From positions 6,196 to 70,195 of the forward strand of contig CAZFOO010000009.1 in assembly GCA_964520585.1 (NCBI GenBank): a DNA stretch of 64,000 nt, read 5' to 3'. Of the stretch, positions 7,295-16,848 are shown piece after piece (the first letter of the stretch is position 1; every line of letters starts with the position of its first letter). The notes under the pieces were generated by a model. That model ran no database searches and had not been told where the DNA came from. It saw only the letters and a program-made list of their open reading frames with translations. The position numbers were made by a program, and so were the translations under genes. This stretch comes from an uncultured Bacteroidales bacterium. Its GTDB lineage: Bacteria > Bacteroidota > Bacteroidia > Bacteroidales > PUMT01.

Positions 7295-9481
7295 ATGCAA
7301 TACTATCCAGAAAAAATAGCTCTTTCTGTTAAATCTGCAAAATTGCTGCGCAGATTGTTCAATGAAAATCCGAGACTTGATAAGATATTCAGGAAATCGG
7401 AATCGGAGGGTGATGCATTTCATTTATTACGGGAATGGGCAGAAGAGGTTATTGAAGATAATCCGCATGCAAAATACTACTACAGGCAGGAAAAATCGGG
7501 GAAGGATGCCTTTTCCATGCTGAGGTGGAAAGATATTGCTGCAATTCGTATACTCGATTACCTTGATTATGCCGGCCGTGAATTTGATAATCCTTATCGC
7601 CGTGGCGAGAAAATGATTACCAATCCATTCGGCTTCCTATGGCTTGCTGCCAAAAACGGCAAGGGAGGTACAAAACCGCTTTTCTTTGAAGATATGATCC
7701 AGCTGTTCCGTCAACTGACGGGGCAATTGCCAAAACCCGGACCAGGCAAAAAGACCGTAATGCAATGGATGGAGCGCTGGAGGCATGGAAGGGAAAGTGA
7801 TATTATTAGTGAACGGGAGGAGAACAAGGAGAGAATAATTGGGATCCTTGTAAAAAGAATAGAGGATTGTGGTAAGGCTAACAACAACAGCAGGTATGTG
7901 TTTCGCAACGGGATGAGCAGTCAGGAAAAAATTGAACAGGTGAGAGAATGGTGGGATGACCACAGGTTCCATCTACGGTTTGCGGTACGTTCCCCCTCCC
8001 TGCTTAATGAGCTTCTGGATCATTCCCTTGATCTTCATACACTGAAGTTGATGGAGCGGGCCGAGGAGAAGGGTATTCCCTTTTTTGTGAATCCATATTA
8101 TCTTTCCCTGCTCAGCACCCGTGCATCCCGGTATGCTGCAGGGGCCGATCTTGCCATCAGACATTACGTAATATACAGTAAGCCACTGATCGATCAGTTC
8201 GGAAATATCGAGGCATGGGAAAAAGAAGATAAGGTCCGGCCTGGAAAACCAAATGCAGCCGGATGGATATTGCCTTCCTTTCATAACGTACACCGGAGAT
8301 ATCCGGAAGTTGCCATTATGATCCCCGATACAGTAGGAAGGGCCTGTGGGGGGCTTTGCGTGTCATGCCAGCGTATGTATGATTTTCAAAGGGGTAACCT
8401 GAATTTCAACCTGGATAAACTTAAACCTGACGAGACCTGGTCTGAAAAACTCAGGCGCCTGCTGGATTATTATGAACAAGATACACAACTAAGGGACATT
8501 CTTATTACCGGAGGTGATGCCTTAATGAGTGCCGATAAGTCGCTCGAAAACATGCTCAACGAAGTATACAAAATGGCACTCAGAAAGAAGGAGGCAAATA
8601 AAGGGAGGCCGGAGGGTAAAAAATATGCCGAGTTGTTACGGATAAGACTGGGAACCCGGTTGCTTGCTTATTTACCCCAACGTGTAACTCCCCGCCTTAA
8701 AGAAATACTTTCGGAATTCAGGAGAAAGGCTTCTGAGATCGGAATAAAACAATTTGTTATCCAGACCCATTTTGAAAGCCCCATGGAAGTCACCCCCGAG
8801 GCCAGTCAGGCTGTAACCAGGCTTATCTCTGCCGGGTGGACAGTAACCAACCAGCTTGTTTTCACTGCATCGGCCAGCAGGAGAGGGCATACCGCCATGC
8901 TTCGAAAGGTGTTAAATGATATTGGTGTAATAACCTATTATACCTTCACCGTAAAGGGGTTTCATGAAAATACCTTTAACTATGCAACTAATGCAAGGGC
9001 TGTCCAGGAACAGGCTGAGGAAAAGTATATCGGGCAGATTCCTCAAGGGCTTCAAAATAAGGTGAAAGATTTTTCTCTTGATACCGAAAATATGGTTGAA
9101 AATCTTGCAAAACTCCGTGAAAAGGCAGATATTCCTTTTCTGGCTACCGACAGAAATGTGATCAATTTGCCGGCGGTAGGAAAAAGCATGACATTCCGGA
9201 CTGTCGGGATAACCCGGTGGGGGAAGAGGATCCTGGAATTTGATCATGACCAGCACCGCTGGCATAGTCCCATAATCAATAAAATGGGCAAGGTAATAAT
9301 AATAGAAAGCAAAGCCGTGGGTGAATATCTGCACCAGCTTGAGGAAATGGGTGAAGATGTTGAAGAATATCAGAGTATATGGGGTTATTCGATAGGAGAG
9401 ACCGAACCCAGATTCCCATTGTTTGAGTACCCGGAGTATGATTTTGGTGTGACAACTGAAATATCCAACCTTGAGATATAG
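7295..9481 (+). CDS. long-form KamA-family radical SAM protein (2,3-aminomutase-like)
   Basis: 728 aa. CGGLCVSC (Cys351/355/358) is a CxxxCxxC motif. FFVNPYYLSLLS lies upstream of it. ILITGGDAL is a SAM-binding GGD-type motif. VINLPAVGKS (Lys630) sits where lysine 2,3-aminomutase has its PLP-lysine loop. Confidence 0.85.
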   Translation: MQYYPEKIALSVKSAKLLRRLFNENPRLDKIFRKSESEGDAFHLLREWAEEVIEDNPHAKYYYRQEKSGKDAFSMLRWKDIAAIRILDYLDYAGREFDNPYRRGEKMITNPFGFLWLAAKNGKGGTKPLFFEDMIQLFRQLTGQLPKPGPGKKTVMQWMERWRHGRESDIISEREENKERIIGILVKRIEDCGKANNNSRYVFRNGMSSQEKIEQVREWWDDHRFHLRFAVRSPSLLNELLDHSLDLHTLKLMERAEEKGIPFFVNPYYLSLLSTRASRYAAGADLAIRHYVIYSKPLIDQFGNIEAWEKEDKVRPGKPNAAGWILPSFHNVHRRYPEVAIMIPDTVGRACGGLCVSCQRMYDFQRGNLNFNLDKLKPDETWSEKLRRLLDYYEQDTQLRDILITGGDALMSADKSLENMLNEVYKMALRKKEANKGRPEGKKYAELLRIRLGTRLLAYLPQRVTPRLKEILSEFRRKASEIGIKQFVIQTHFESPMEVTPEASQAVTRLISAGWTVTNQLVFTASASRRGHTAMLRKVLNDIGVITYYTFTVKGFHENTFNYATNARAVQEQAEEKYIGQIPQGLQNKVKDFSLDTENMVENLAKLREKADIPFLATDRNVINLPAVGKSMTFRTVGITRWGKRILEFDHDQHRWHSPIINKMGKVIIIESKAVGEYLHQLEEMGEDVEEYQSIWGYSIGETEPRFPLFEYPEYDFGVTTEISNLEI

Positions 9482-9523
9482 GCTTTCCAGGATTGATTTC
9501 CCTTTAATTAACTAATCCGGTAG

Positions 9524-10963
9524 TCAAAACAGATCTTTAAGAGAAAATCCTGTTTTTAGCAAATTGCCCGGTTCCAGTATTGAGGCCAGCCTTTCCGGAT
9601 CTATCACATTAATCTCTTTATTTGCAGCAAATATATCTATGTTTTTATTTTTCATAAGCACGGCCAGTTCGGTGGCTTTGTTATATCCTATATAAGGAAC
9701 CAGTGCTGTGGTGATGGCCGGGCTGCCAATCAGCGCCGACTTTGATACCCTGCTGTTAATCTTTAGTCCCCCGAAAACACCATTCCTTAGCGAACTGCTT
9801 GCAGCAATGAGTAATTTGATACTCTCAAGCAGGGCATGACCGGTTAACGGTATATAAGCATTCAGGTCGAGGCAGCCCTGCGCAGATAGTGATGTTATGA
9901 TCTGATCATTTGCATAAACCTTATGTGCGGTGCTGATAACGAACTCCGGTATTACGGGGTTGACCTTTCCGGGCATTATTGAACTCCCTGCCTGTACCGG
10001 GGGCAGGCTCAATTCATCTCTTCCTGAGATATCTGAGGAGAGCAGGCGAAGGTCGGATACCATTTTCTCAAGGTTGACCGCAAAAGACTTCAGAATTGCA
10101 TGTACCTCCACCAGACTGTCCTGGTTAACGGTTGCATCGGGCAGATTTTCAGCGCGCGACAATGGCAATCCGGTGAGGCGTCGTAATTCCGGAACCACCT
10201 CCATTATGAAAAACCTTGGTACTGCCAGTCCTGTACCTGCAGCACTGCCCCCAAGGTTAACCGTCCTGATCCTTTCCATGCATTTGGAAACCCTCCACCA
10301 GTCCCTCGACAGAGCCTCATTATAAGCGCCAATCAGCATTCCCCATGATGAAGGTACTGCCTGCTGCATTTGGGTATATGCAATTCTCAGATGGCTGCGA
10401 TGCTGGTTTTCGATGCCTTCGATAGCCGATCTCATGAGGTTGATCTCCTCTTCAAGCAGCAGCAGTAATTTAATGGCTGCTATCCTGAGAGAGGTGGGAA
10501 TAACATCATTGGTAGACTGATATATGTTTGCATGTTCTACCGGATCGACCGGACTGTAGTTGATGTTTTTGGAATTCAGCTCCCTGGTTGCAATATTGGC
10601 TATAATCTCATTTATGTTCATGTTTAAGCTGGTGCCTGCTCCTCCCTGTAAGGCGGGCACAATAAAATGTTCGAAATGTTTTCCCCGGGCAATTTCTTCA
10701 GCGGCAAACTCCATTTTCTCAAGCACCTGATCATCAATTACCTTAATTCTATGGGGTATATGACCGTATTTCCCGATCGCGGCCTTTATGAAAGAATTGT
10801 AAGTGCGGTAACATGCCAGTTTGGTGATGCCCAGTGCCTGGTACCATTCCCGGTGAAACTCCATTTTACAGGGGAAATTATTGCAGGCTCTCTGAGAGTG
10901 TATCCCATACAATGCACCGGAGGGTATTTCCATTTCCCCGAGAAAGTCTTTTTCGATCCTCAT
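9524..10963 (-). CDS. aspartate ammonia-lyase / fumarase-superfamily lyase
   Basis: 479 aa with the superfamily signature GSSIMPGKVNP. The N-terminus MRIEKDFLGEMEIPSGALYGIHSQRA resembles AspA/FumC. Confidence 0.8.
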   Translation of the reverse strand: MRIEKDFLGEMEIPSGALYGIHSQRACNNFPCKMEFHREWYQALGITKLACYRTYNSFIKAAIGKYGHIPHRIKVIDDQVLEKMEFAAEEIARGKHFEHFIVPALQGGAGTSLNMNINEIIANIATRELNSKNINYSPVDPVEHANIYQSTNDVIPTSLRIAAIKLLLLLEEEINLMRSAIEGIENQHRSHLRIAYTQMQQAVPSSWGMLIGAYNEALSRDWWRVSKCMERIRTVNLGGSAAGTGLAVPRFFIMEVVPELRRLTGLPLSRAENLPDATVNQDSLVEVHAILKSFAVNLEKMVSDLRLLSSDISGRDELSLPPVQAGSSIMPGKVNPVIPEFVISTAHKVYANDQIITSLSAQGCLDLNAYIPLTGHALLESIKLLIAASSSLRNGVFGGLKINSRVSKSALIGSPAITTALVPYIGYNKATELAVLMKNKNIDIFAANKEINVIDPERLASILEPGNLLKTGFSLKDLF

Positions 10964-11036
10964 ATTATGTAATGTTTTAATAAAAACGAGCAGTACAGCA
11001 GGTGCTGAACATTCGGGGAATTCCTGTATCGGGCAC

Positions 11037-12203
11037 TTACCGTGAAATGGGCTGGGAGTAATTGATCACATCTTTGCCGGTTATCTCTTTGTCGCACAGT
11101 ATGATAAGTCTCTCCAGCACATTTCTGAATTCTCTTATGTTACCTGTCCACTCTATATTCTTCAGTTCCTCAATAGCATCATCAGTTATTACTTTTCTTG
11201 GCATTCCGTATTCATCGCAGATCTGATTTATAAAATATTCTGCCAGCAACGGAATATCTTCAAGCCTTTCATTCAGGGAGGGAACATGGATTAATATAAC
11301 GCTGAGTCTGTGATAAAGGTCCTCACGGAACCGGCCGGCTTCAATTTCTTCCTTCATGTTTTTGTTGGTAGCGGCTATTATTCTTACATCCACCCTGATA
11401 TCCTTGTCACTTCCTACAGGAGAAAGTTTGTTCTCCTGCAGAACCCTTAAAACTTTTGCCTGTGCCGAAAGACTCATATCGCCAATCTCGTCAAGAAAAA
11501 TAGTGCCTTTGTCGGCTTGCTCAAATTTTCCTTTTCTCTCCTTGTGAGCTGATGTAAATGCACCTTTCTCATGTCCGAAAAGTTCGCTTTCGATCAGTTC
11601 GGATGGTATAGCTGCACAATTGACTTCGATGAAGGGAAGGGAAGCACGGTTGCTTTTTTCATGCAGCCATCTGGCCACCAGCTCTTTGCCGGTACCGTTC
11701 TTCCCAGTTATCAATACTCTTGCGTCGGTAGGGGCAACACGGTCTATCATCTCTTTTACTTTTTGCATTGCCGGTGATTCACCTACCATCTCATAGGTTT
11801 TGCTGACTTTTCGCTTGAGAACCTTGGTTTCTGTTATCAGCTGTGATTTATCCAGTGCGTTCCTTATGGTAATAAGAAGCCTGTTGAGGTCAAGGGGTTT
11901 TTCTATGAAATCGTATGCTCCCTTCTTGATTGCCTCTACAGCCGTGTCTATATTGCCGTGACCGGAGATCATAATAACCGGGATGTCCCGTGCTTCTGAC
12001 GTAATATTGTCCAGAACTTCAATGCCGTCCATACCCGGCATTTTTATATCAAGAAGGACCACATCATATTGATTTTTCTTATAAAGCTCCAGCCCCTCCA
12101 TCCCGTCTGATGCAATATCTATTTTATGTCTTTCGTATTCGAGGACTTCTTTGAGAGTATTCCTTATGCTTTTTTCATCATCAATTACAAGAATGTCGGC
12201 CAT
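11037..12203 (-). CDS. sigma-54-dependent response regulator (REC + AAA+), no C-terminal HTH
   Basis: 388 aa. The REC domain has DVVLLDIKMPGMDG. The AAA+ domain has Walker A GKNGTGKE, a GAFTSA (GAFTGA-type) loop and Walker B IFLDEIGD. The ORF ends about 10 residues after the NIREFRNVLERLIIL helix. Confidence 0.85.
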   Translation of the reverse strand: MADILVIDDEKSIRNTLKEVLEYERHKIDIASDGMEGLELYKKNQYDVVLLDIKMPGMDGIEVLDNITSEARDIPVIMISGHGNIDTAVEAIKKGAYDFIEKPLDLNRLLITIRNALDKSQLITETKVLKRKVSKTYEMVGESPAMQKVKEMIDRVAPTDARVLITGKNGTGKELVARWLHEKSNRASLPFIEVNCAAIPSELIESELFGHEKGAFTSAHKERKGKFEQADKGTIFLDEIGDMSLSAQAKVLRVLQENKLSPVGSDKDIRVDVRIIAATNKNMKEEIEAGRFREDLYHRLSVILIHVPSLNERLEDIPLLAEYFINQICDEYGMPRKVITDDAIEELKNIEWTGNIREFRNVLERLIILCDKEITGKDVINYSQPISR

Positions 12204-12239
12204 TTTACAGAATAATTTAGATCAGCAGGATGACTTTTT

Positions 12240-13193
12240 CTACTGCTGCAGTGATTCAATATGTTGTTTCATAATCTCAACAACGGCACCCTCTTTCAAT
12301 GCGTAATCAGATTGTATCAGCAGATCAGTATTTAATCTGCGGGCAATAAAATTAACAAAAATCCCTGCAATAACAATCATCTCAACTCTCATCGGATCCA
12401 TCCCTTTCATGGCAGATCTTTCAACGGCTGTCGAATTAATGAGTAAGCTGTACAACCGGGAAAATTCATCAGATGAAAACTCGAAGCTGGGTTTATTTCT
12501 GTTAATGCCGGCAAGATTTTTTTCATCCAGTGCCATCAGAAGGTTCCTGAATGTGTCGAAGGATCCGGAGGATCCAATTATTGATGCAGGTTTATGGATA
12601 ATAGAAGCTTCAAAAAAGCTTCCTAGCGTATGAGAGATGTAATTTTCAATGGCGACTATTTCATCCTGTTCTATTGGATCGGAGGGTTTGAATTTTTCCA
12701 GTAAACGTGCCATACCCAAAGGGAAACTCTTCTTCCAGTATATTTTATCGTTGTCAGCTATTATCAGTTCGTTGCTTCCTCCCCCTATATCAATTATAAG
12801 ATTTTTTTCCCCTTCCATATTCACCACCTGTTTAACTCCGAGGTATATGAGCTCTGCTTCCTTGTCCCCCGATATTACCCTGACCCCAATGTTAAATTTC
12901 CTGGAAACTGCATTTATAAATTCTGTACCGTTAGCTGCAGAACGGATCGCAGATGTTGCAAAAGCATGAACCTCCATTACCCGGTAACTTCCGATAGTTT
13001 TCATATGATTCCCGATAGCTGACAAGCCACGTTCAAAAGCTTCGGGACTTATCATATTGCTGTTTATGCCTTCTTTCCCGAGCATGACCGGTTCTTTGCT
13101 GCTTAATATAAATTTAACCTTATTATCAGCAGTTAATTCGGTTATCAGAAGATTAAATGTGTTGGTGCCAAGATCGATGATTGCCGTTCGCAT
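12240..13193 (-). CDS. Ppx/GppA-family phosphatase (exopolyphosphatase-like)
   Basis: ASKHA motifs AIIDLGTNTFNLLI and IIDIGGGSNELI. I prefer the ATG at 13193 (MRTAIIDLG) over the track start at 13238. Confidence 0.8.
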   Translation of the reverse strand: MRTAIIDLGTNTFNLLITELTADNKVKFILSSKEPVMLGKEGINSNMISPEAFERGLSAIGNHMKTIGSYRVMEVHAFATSAIRSAANGTEFINAVSRKFNIGVRVISGDKEAELIYLGVKQVVNMEGEKNLIIDIGGGSNELIIADNDKIYWKKSFPLGMARLLEKFKPSDPIEQDEIVAIENYISHTLGSFFEASIIHKPASIIGSSGSFDTFRNLLMALDEKNLAGINRNKPSFEFSSDEFSRLYSLLINSTAVERSAMKGMDPMRVEMIVIAGIFVNFIARRLNTDLLIQSDYALKEGAVVEIMKQHIESLQQ

Positions 13194-13302
13194 TTTTTTT
13201 ATAAATGTAATAAGACCTTTAGAGATGGAGCATTGCATTTATTAACAAAAAACCGGCACTATAGTTCATAAGTGCCGGTAGAGTAACAGGTTAAGGTTGT
13301 TA

Positions 13303-14652
13303 TTAACTTTTATATCTGAGCCATTTCCACAACTCACGGTAATTAACCTTTTTCCCGTACATAAGTATACCGGTGCGGTAAATCTTGCCGGCAAGCCATG
13401 TGGTAAATATAAAGGCCGCAATAAGTAATCCCGCTGAAAGTGCAACTTCCCAAAGAGGTACTCCGAACGGAATACGTGCCATCATTATCACAGGAGAAGT
13501 GAAAGGTATTACCGAAAACCAGAATGCTATAGCTCCGTCCGGATTCATTATTGCATTCATCATAACGATGATAGATATTATCAGGGGTACGGTAATGGGC
13601 AGCATAAACTGCTGTGTATCCGTTTCACTGTCAACTGCAGAACCGATGGAGGCAAAAAGTGATGCGTAAAGCAAGTACCCTCCAAGAAAATAGAAGAGAA
13701 ATGCGCCTAACATTATTCCGAAGTTAATGGCGCCCAGAGAAGAGAATATTTCTCTGAATTTTTCGGTATTTCCCTCTTCAATTGGCTGGGATTGTTGGAG
13801 TGTGCCAGAAGAGAACATATCTTCCACAACAATATTCTCTGAAGATGGTGTCATAAGATCGGGGAATAAAAACTGCTGGGTAACAGTTATTATTGTAAAA
13901 CTCAATATGACCCATAAAAGGAACTGGGTAAGTCCAACAAGCCCTATCCCGACTATCTTACCAAGCATTAACTGAAAAGGTCTGACCGATGATACAATTA
14001 TCTCAACAACACGGGAGGACTTCTCTTCAATTACTCCTCTCATGACCTGTGCTCCGAAAATAAAGATAAAGAAATATATCAGGAACCCCCCGAGGTACCC
14101 TACGATCATTGCCACCTCAGAATGGCTTTCTTTTTCTCCTCCGTCATCCTGCCATACAATGGTGCGTATATTGACACTGGTTTTGATGGAAGCCAGTATT
14201 TCATCCAGATTATTAATGTCATAGGCAGCAAGTTTTTGCCTTTCAAGTTCTTTTTCGATTGCATTGGCTATATGCATTCTTATGTTCATGCCGGGCTGCC
14301 TGTCCGACATCAGCTGGATAGCAGAAGGTGTCGATGTTACGATGTGTGCTATGTATAATACTGCATAATAGTCGGTTTCATGAAAGGATTCCCTTATCTC
14401 TTTAACGCTGGTATTTTCAAGATATTCGAATTTCAGGTATTCGGTTTCGGGTATTTCATTTATGAATAATTTTGAGCTGTCAATCACCGCAACAACCCGT
14501 ACTTCATTGTCCTCTACCGAGGCCAGCCATGCTGGTCCGATTGCTATTGCAGCAAAAAGCAGGGGGCCCAGCAGAGTCATTATTATAAACGATTTCTTTT
14601 TTATTCTTGAAAAGAACTCCCTGCCAATAATCAATGAACTTTTACTTTGCAT
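13303..14652 (-). CDS. ABC-2 type transporter permease (NatB-like)
   Basis: 449 aa with an N-terminal TM segment, a large extracytoplasmic loop and then about 5 C-terminal TM segments. It is adjacent to its ATPase with a 14-bp gap. Confidence 0.7.
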   Translation of the reverse strand: MQSKSSLIIGREFFSRIKKKSFIIMTLLGPLLFAAIAIGPAWLASVEDNEVRVVAVIDSSKLFINEIPETEYLKFEYLENTSVKEIRESFHETDYYAVLYIAHIVTSTPSAIQLMSDRQPGMNIRMHIANAIEKELERQKLAAYDINNLDEILASIKTSVNIRTIVWQDDGGEKESHSEVAMIVGYLGGFLIYFFIFIFGAQVMRGVIEEKSSRVVEIIVSSVRPFQLMLGKIVGIGLVGLTQFLLWVILSFTIITVTQQFLFPDLMTPSSENIVVEDMFSSGTLQQSQPIEEGNTEKFREIFSSLGAINFGIMLGAFLFYFLGGYLLYASLFASIGSAVDSETDTQQFMLPITVPLIISIIVMMNAIMNPDGAIAFWFSVIPFTSPVIMMARIPFGVPLWEVALSAGLLIAAFIFTTWLAGKIYRTGILMYGKKVNYRELWKWLRYKS

Positions 14653-14666
14653 TTTATAAAGGATTT

Positions 14667-15605
14667 TTACAGGCTTTGATCAGCCGGGACTTTTTGTTGA
14701 TTCACCATATCAATAAATATATCATTCATACCCGGTATCTCCTCGGTAAATGAGGTTATATGAAAATGGGGCAGGAGCATATTAAGAAGCACATTATCGG
14801 TGCTCTGGCTGTGAATTTTTATGCGGGCGGTATGGCCAGCCGGTGTTCTTTGCAGATCTAGTACTTCGTAATCGGGGCTAAGTATACCATCCAGTTTTTC
14901 CGGGTCTCCCTGAAATCCAATGCGGTAAATATCAAGCTTGAACTGTTGCCTTATTTTGTTTACCTCGCCGCTGATGATTGCTTCTGAATTATTGATAAGT
15001 GTTATGTGGTCACAAAGTTCCTCCACCGAAGACATATTGTGGGTGGAAAAGATTATTGTAGCACCCCTGTCCCTGAGCCCGGTTATCTCATTTTTCAGCA
15101 TTTTCGTGTTTATGGGGTCAAATCCGCTGAACGGCTCATCAAAAATAAGCAGTTCCGGCTCATGCAGTATAGTGATAATAAATTGGACCTTTTGCTGCAT
15201 TCCCTTGGAAAGCTCCTCTACTTTTTTATTCCACCAGGATTGTATTTCAAATTTTTCAAACCAGTATTTAAGACGTTTTAAGGCTGTCTTTTTGTCCAGA
15301 CCTTTTAACCGGCCAAAATAAAGTGCCTGTTCCCCGACTTTCATTTTTTTATACAGGCCTCTTTCTTCGGGCATGTAACCGATACTGTGAATATCATCGG
15401 ATCTTAAACGGCGTCCCCTGAAATAGAGTTCTCCGGTATCGGGAGCTGTTATCTGGTTTATTATCCGTATCAGGGTTGTTTTGCCGGCACCATTTGGCCC
15501 AAGTAGCCCGTATATACTTTTATGGGGTACGTTAATATCAACATTACTGAGAGCTTTGTGATTAATAAAGCTTTTGGTAATGTTTCTGGCTGTAAATAAT
15601 TCCAT
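14667..15605 (-). CDS. ABC transporter ATP-binding protein (NatA-like)
   Basis: Walker A GPNGAGKTT, signature LSKGMQQKV and Walker B LLIFDEPFSGFD. The ATG at 15605 (MELFTARNITKSF) is preferred over the TTG at 15647. Confidence 0.85.
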   Translation of the reverse strand: MELFTARNITKSFINHKALSNVDINVPHKSIYGLLGPNGAGKTTLIRIINQITAPDTGELYFRGRRLRSDDIHSIGYMPEERGLYKKMKVGEQALYFGRLKGLDKKTALKRLKYWFEKFEIQSWWNKKVEELSKGMQQKVQFIITILHEPELLIFDEPFSGFDPINTKMLKNEITGLRDRGATIIFSTHNMSSVEELCDHITLINNSEAIISGEVNKIRQQFKLDIYRIGFQGDPEKLDGILSPDYEVLDLQRTPAGHTARIKIHSQSTDNVLLNMLLPHFHITSFTEEIPGMNDIFIDMVNQQKVPADQSL

Positions 15606-15664
15606 TTGATATTTTTTGTTATTAACCGTCGGAGCATTGAAGACCAAATTACAAAATAATCCGG

Positions 15665-16810
15665 TTATTCAAAATAACTTTTCATCCTTTCAAAGAAACT
15701 TTTATCCTCTTTGCTGGGCTTAGGTTCAAAGTTTTCGGAATTCCTGAATTTTTCCAGTATGCCGGCTTCTTCTTTTGAAAGGTTTTTTGGCGTCCATACA
15801 TGGATATTTACCAGCAGGTCTCCGTTTCCATATCCATTGAGCTCCGGCAATCCTTTACCCCGGAGACGCAGTATTTTACCGGGCTGTGTGCCTGGTTCAA
15901 TTTTTATTTTTACTTTTCCCTGGATGGTAGGTACCTCTACCGGTACACCAAGGGCAGCATCGGGAAAGCTCAGGTAGAGGTAATAGATGAGATCATTACC
16001 ATCCCTTTTCAACTCGGGATGTTTTTCTTCTTCGATAACTACGAGCAAGTCGCCGTTAATACCACCTCTTCTCGCAGCATTTCCTTTGCCGGCAACCGAC
16101 ATTTGCATTCCTTCTGTGACGCCTGCCGGGATATTGAGGGTAACTACTTCGGTTTCTTTTACAATACCTTCACCGTAGCAGGAATCACATTTACTGGTTA
16201 TTGTTTTACCTTCGCCTCCGCAGGCCGGGCAGGTTGATGTGGTCTGCATTTGACCCAGGAAGGTATTCGAAACTCTTGTTACCTGCCCTGTACCGTGGCA
16301 GGTGGAACAATCACTGAAAGCAGTTCCGTTTTTTGCCCCTGTTCCGTCACAAGTTTTGCATGCAACATATTTGCTCACCCTTATCTTCTTTTCTGCTCCA
16401 TTGGCAATATCTTTCAGGGTAAGTTTAACCTTTACCCTCAGATTGGACCCTTTATTCACTCTGCGTCCCCTGCCACCACCGGAAAAACCTCCGAAGCCGC
16501 CGAAACCTCCTCCGAAAATATCACCAAAGTGGCTGAATATATCCTCAACTGTCATTCCTCCCCCGCCGAAGCCTCCTGCTGCTCCTTCGACACCGGCATG
16601 CCCGTATTGGTCGTAACGTGCTCTTTTTTGTTCGTTGCCAAGAACTTCATAAGCTTCTGCAGCTTCCTTGAACTTTTCTTCAGCAGAAGGGTCGCCCGGA
16701 TTCTTGTCCGGGTGATAGCGGAGTGCTTTCTTCCTGTAAGCCGATTTGATTTCAGCCTGTGTTACATCCCTCTTTAAATCAAGTATTTCGTAATAATCTC
16801 TCTTCGCCAT
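15665..16810 (-). CDS. dnaJ: molecular chaperone DnaJ
   Basis: 381 aa. J-domain DYYEILD...YHPDKNPGD, a G/F-rich linker and four CxxCxGxG zinc motifs ([32 protein letters not shown]). Confidence 0.97.
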   Translation of the reverse strand: MAKRDYYEILDLKRDVTQAEIKSAYRKKALRYHPDKNPGDPSAEEKFKEAAEAYEVLGNEQKRARYDQYGHAGVEGAAGGFGGGGMTVEDIFSHFGDIFGGGFGGFGGFSGGGRGRRVNKGSNLRVKVKLTLKDIANGAEKKIRVSKYVACKTCDGTGAKNGTAFSDCSTCHGTGQVTRVSNTFLGQMQTTSTCPACGGEGKTITSKCDSCYGEGIVKETEVVTLNIPAGVTEGMQMSVAGKGNAARRGGINGDLLVVIEEEKHPELKRDGNDLIYYLYLSFPDAALGVPVEVPTIQGKVKIKIEPGTQPGKILRLRGKGLPELNGYGNGDLLVNIHVWTPKNLSKEEAGILEKFRNSENFEPKPSKEDKSFFERMKSYFE

Positions 16811-16848
16811 TACTGGTTATCTCTTTAATGATCTTAAAATTATTTCTT

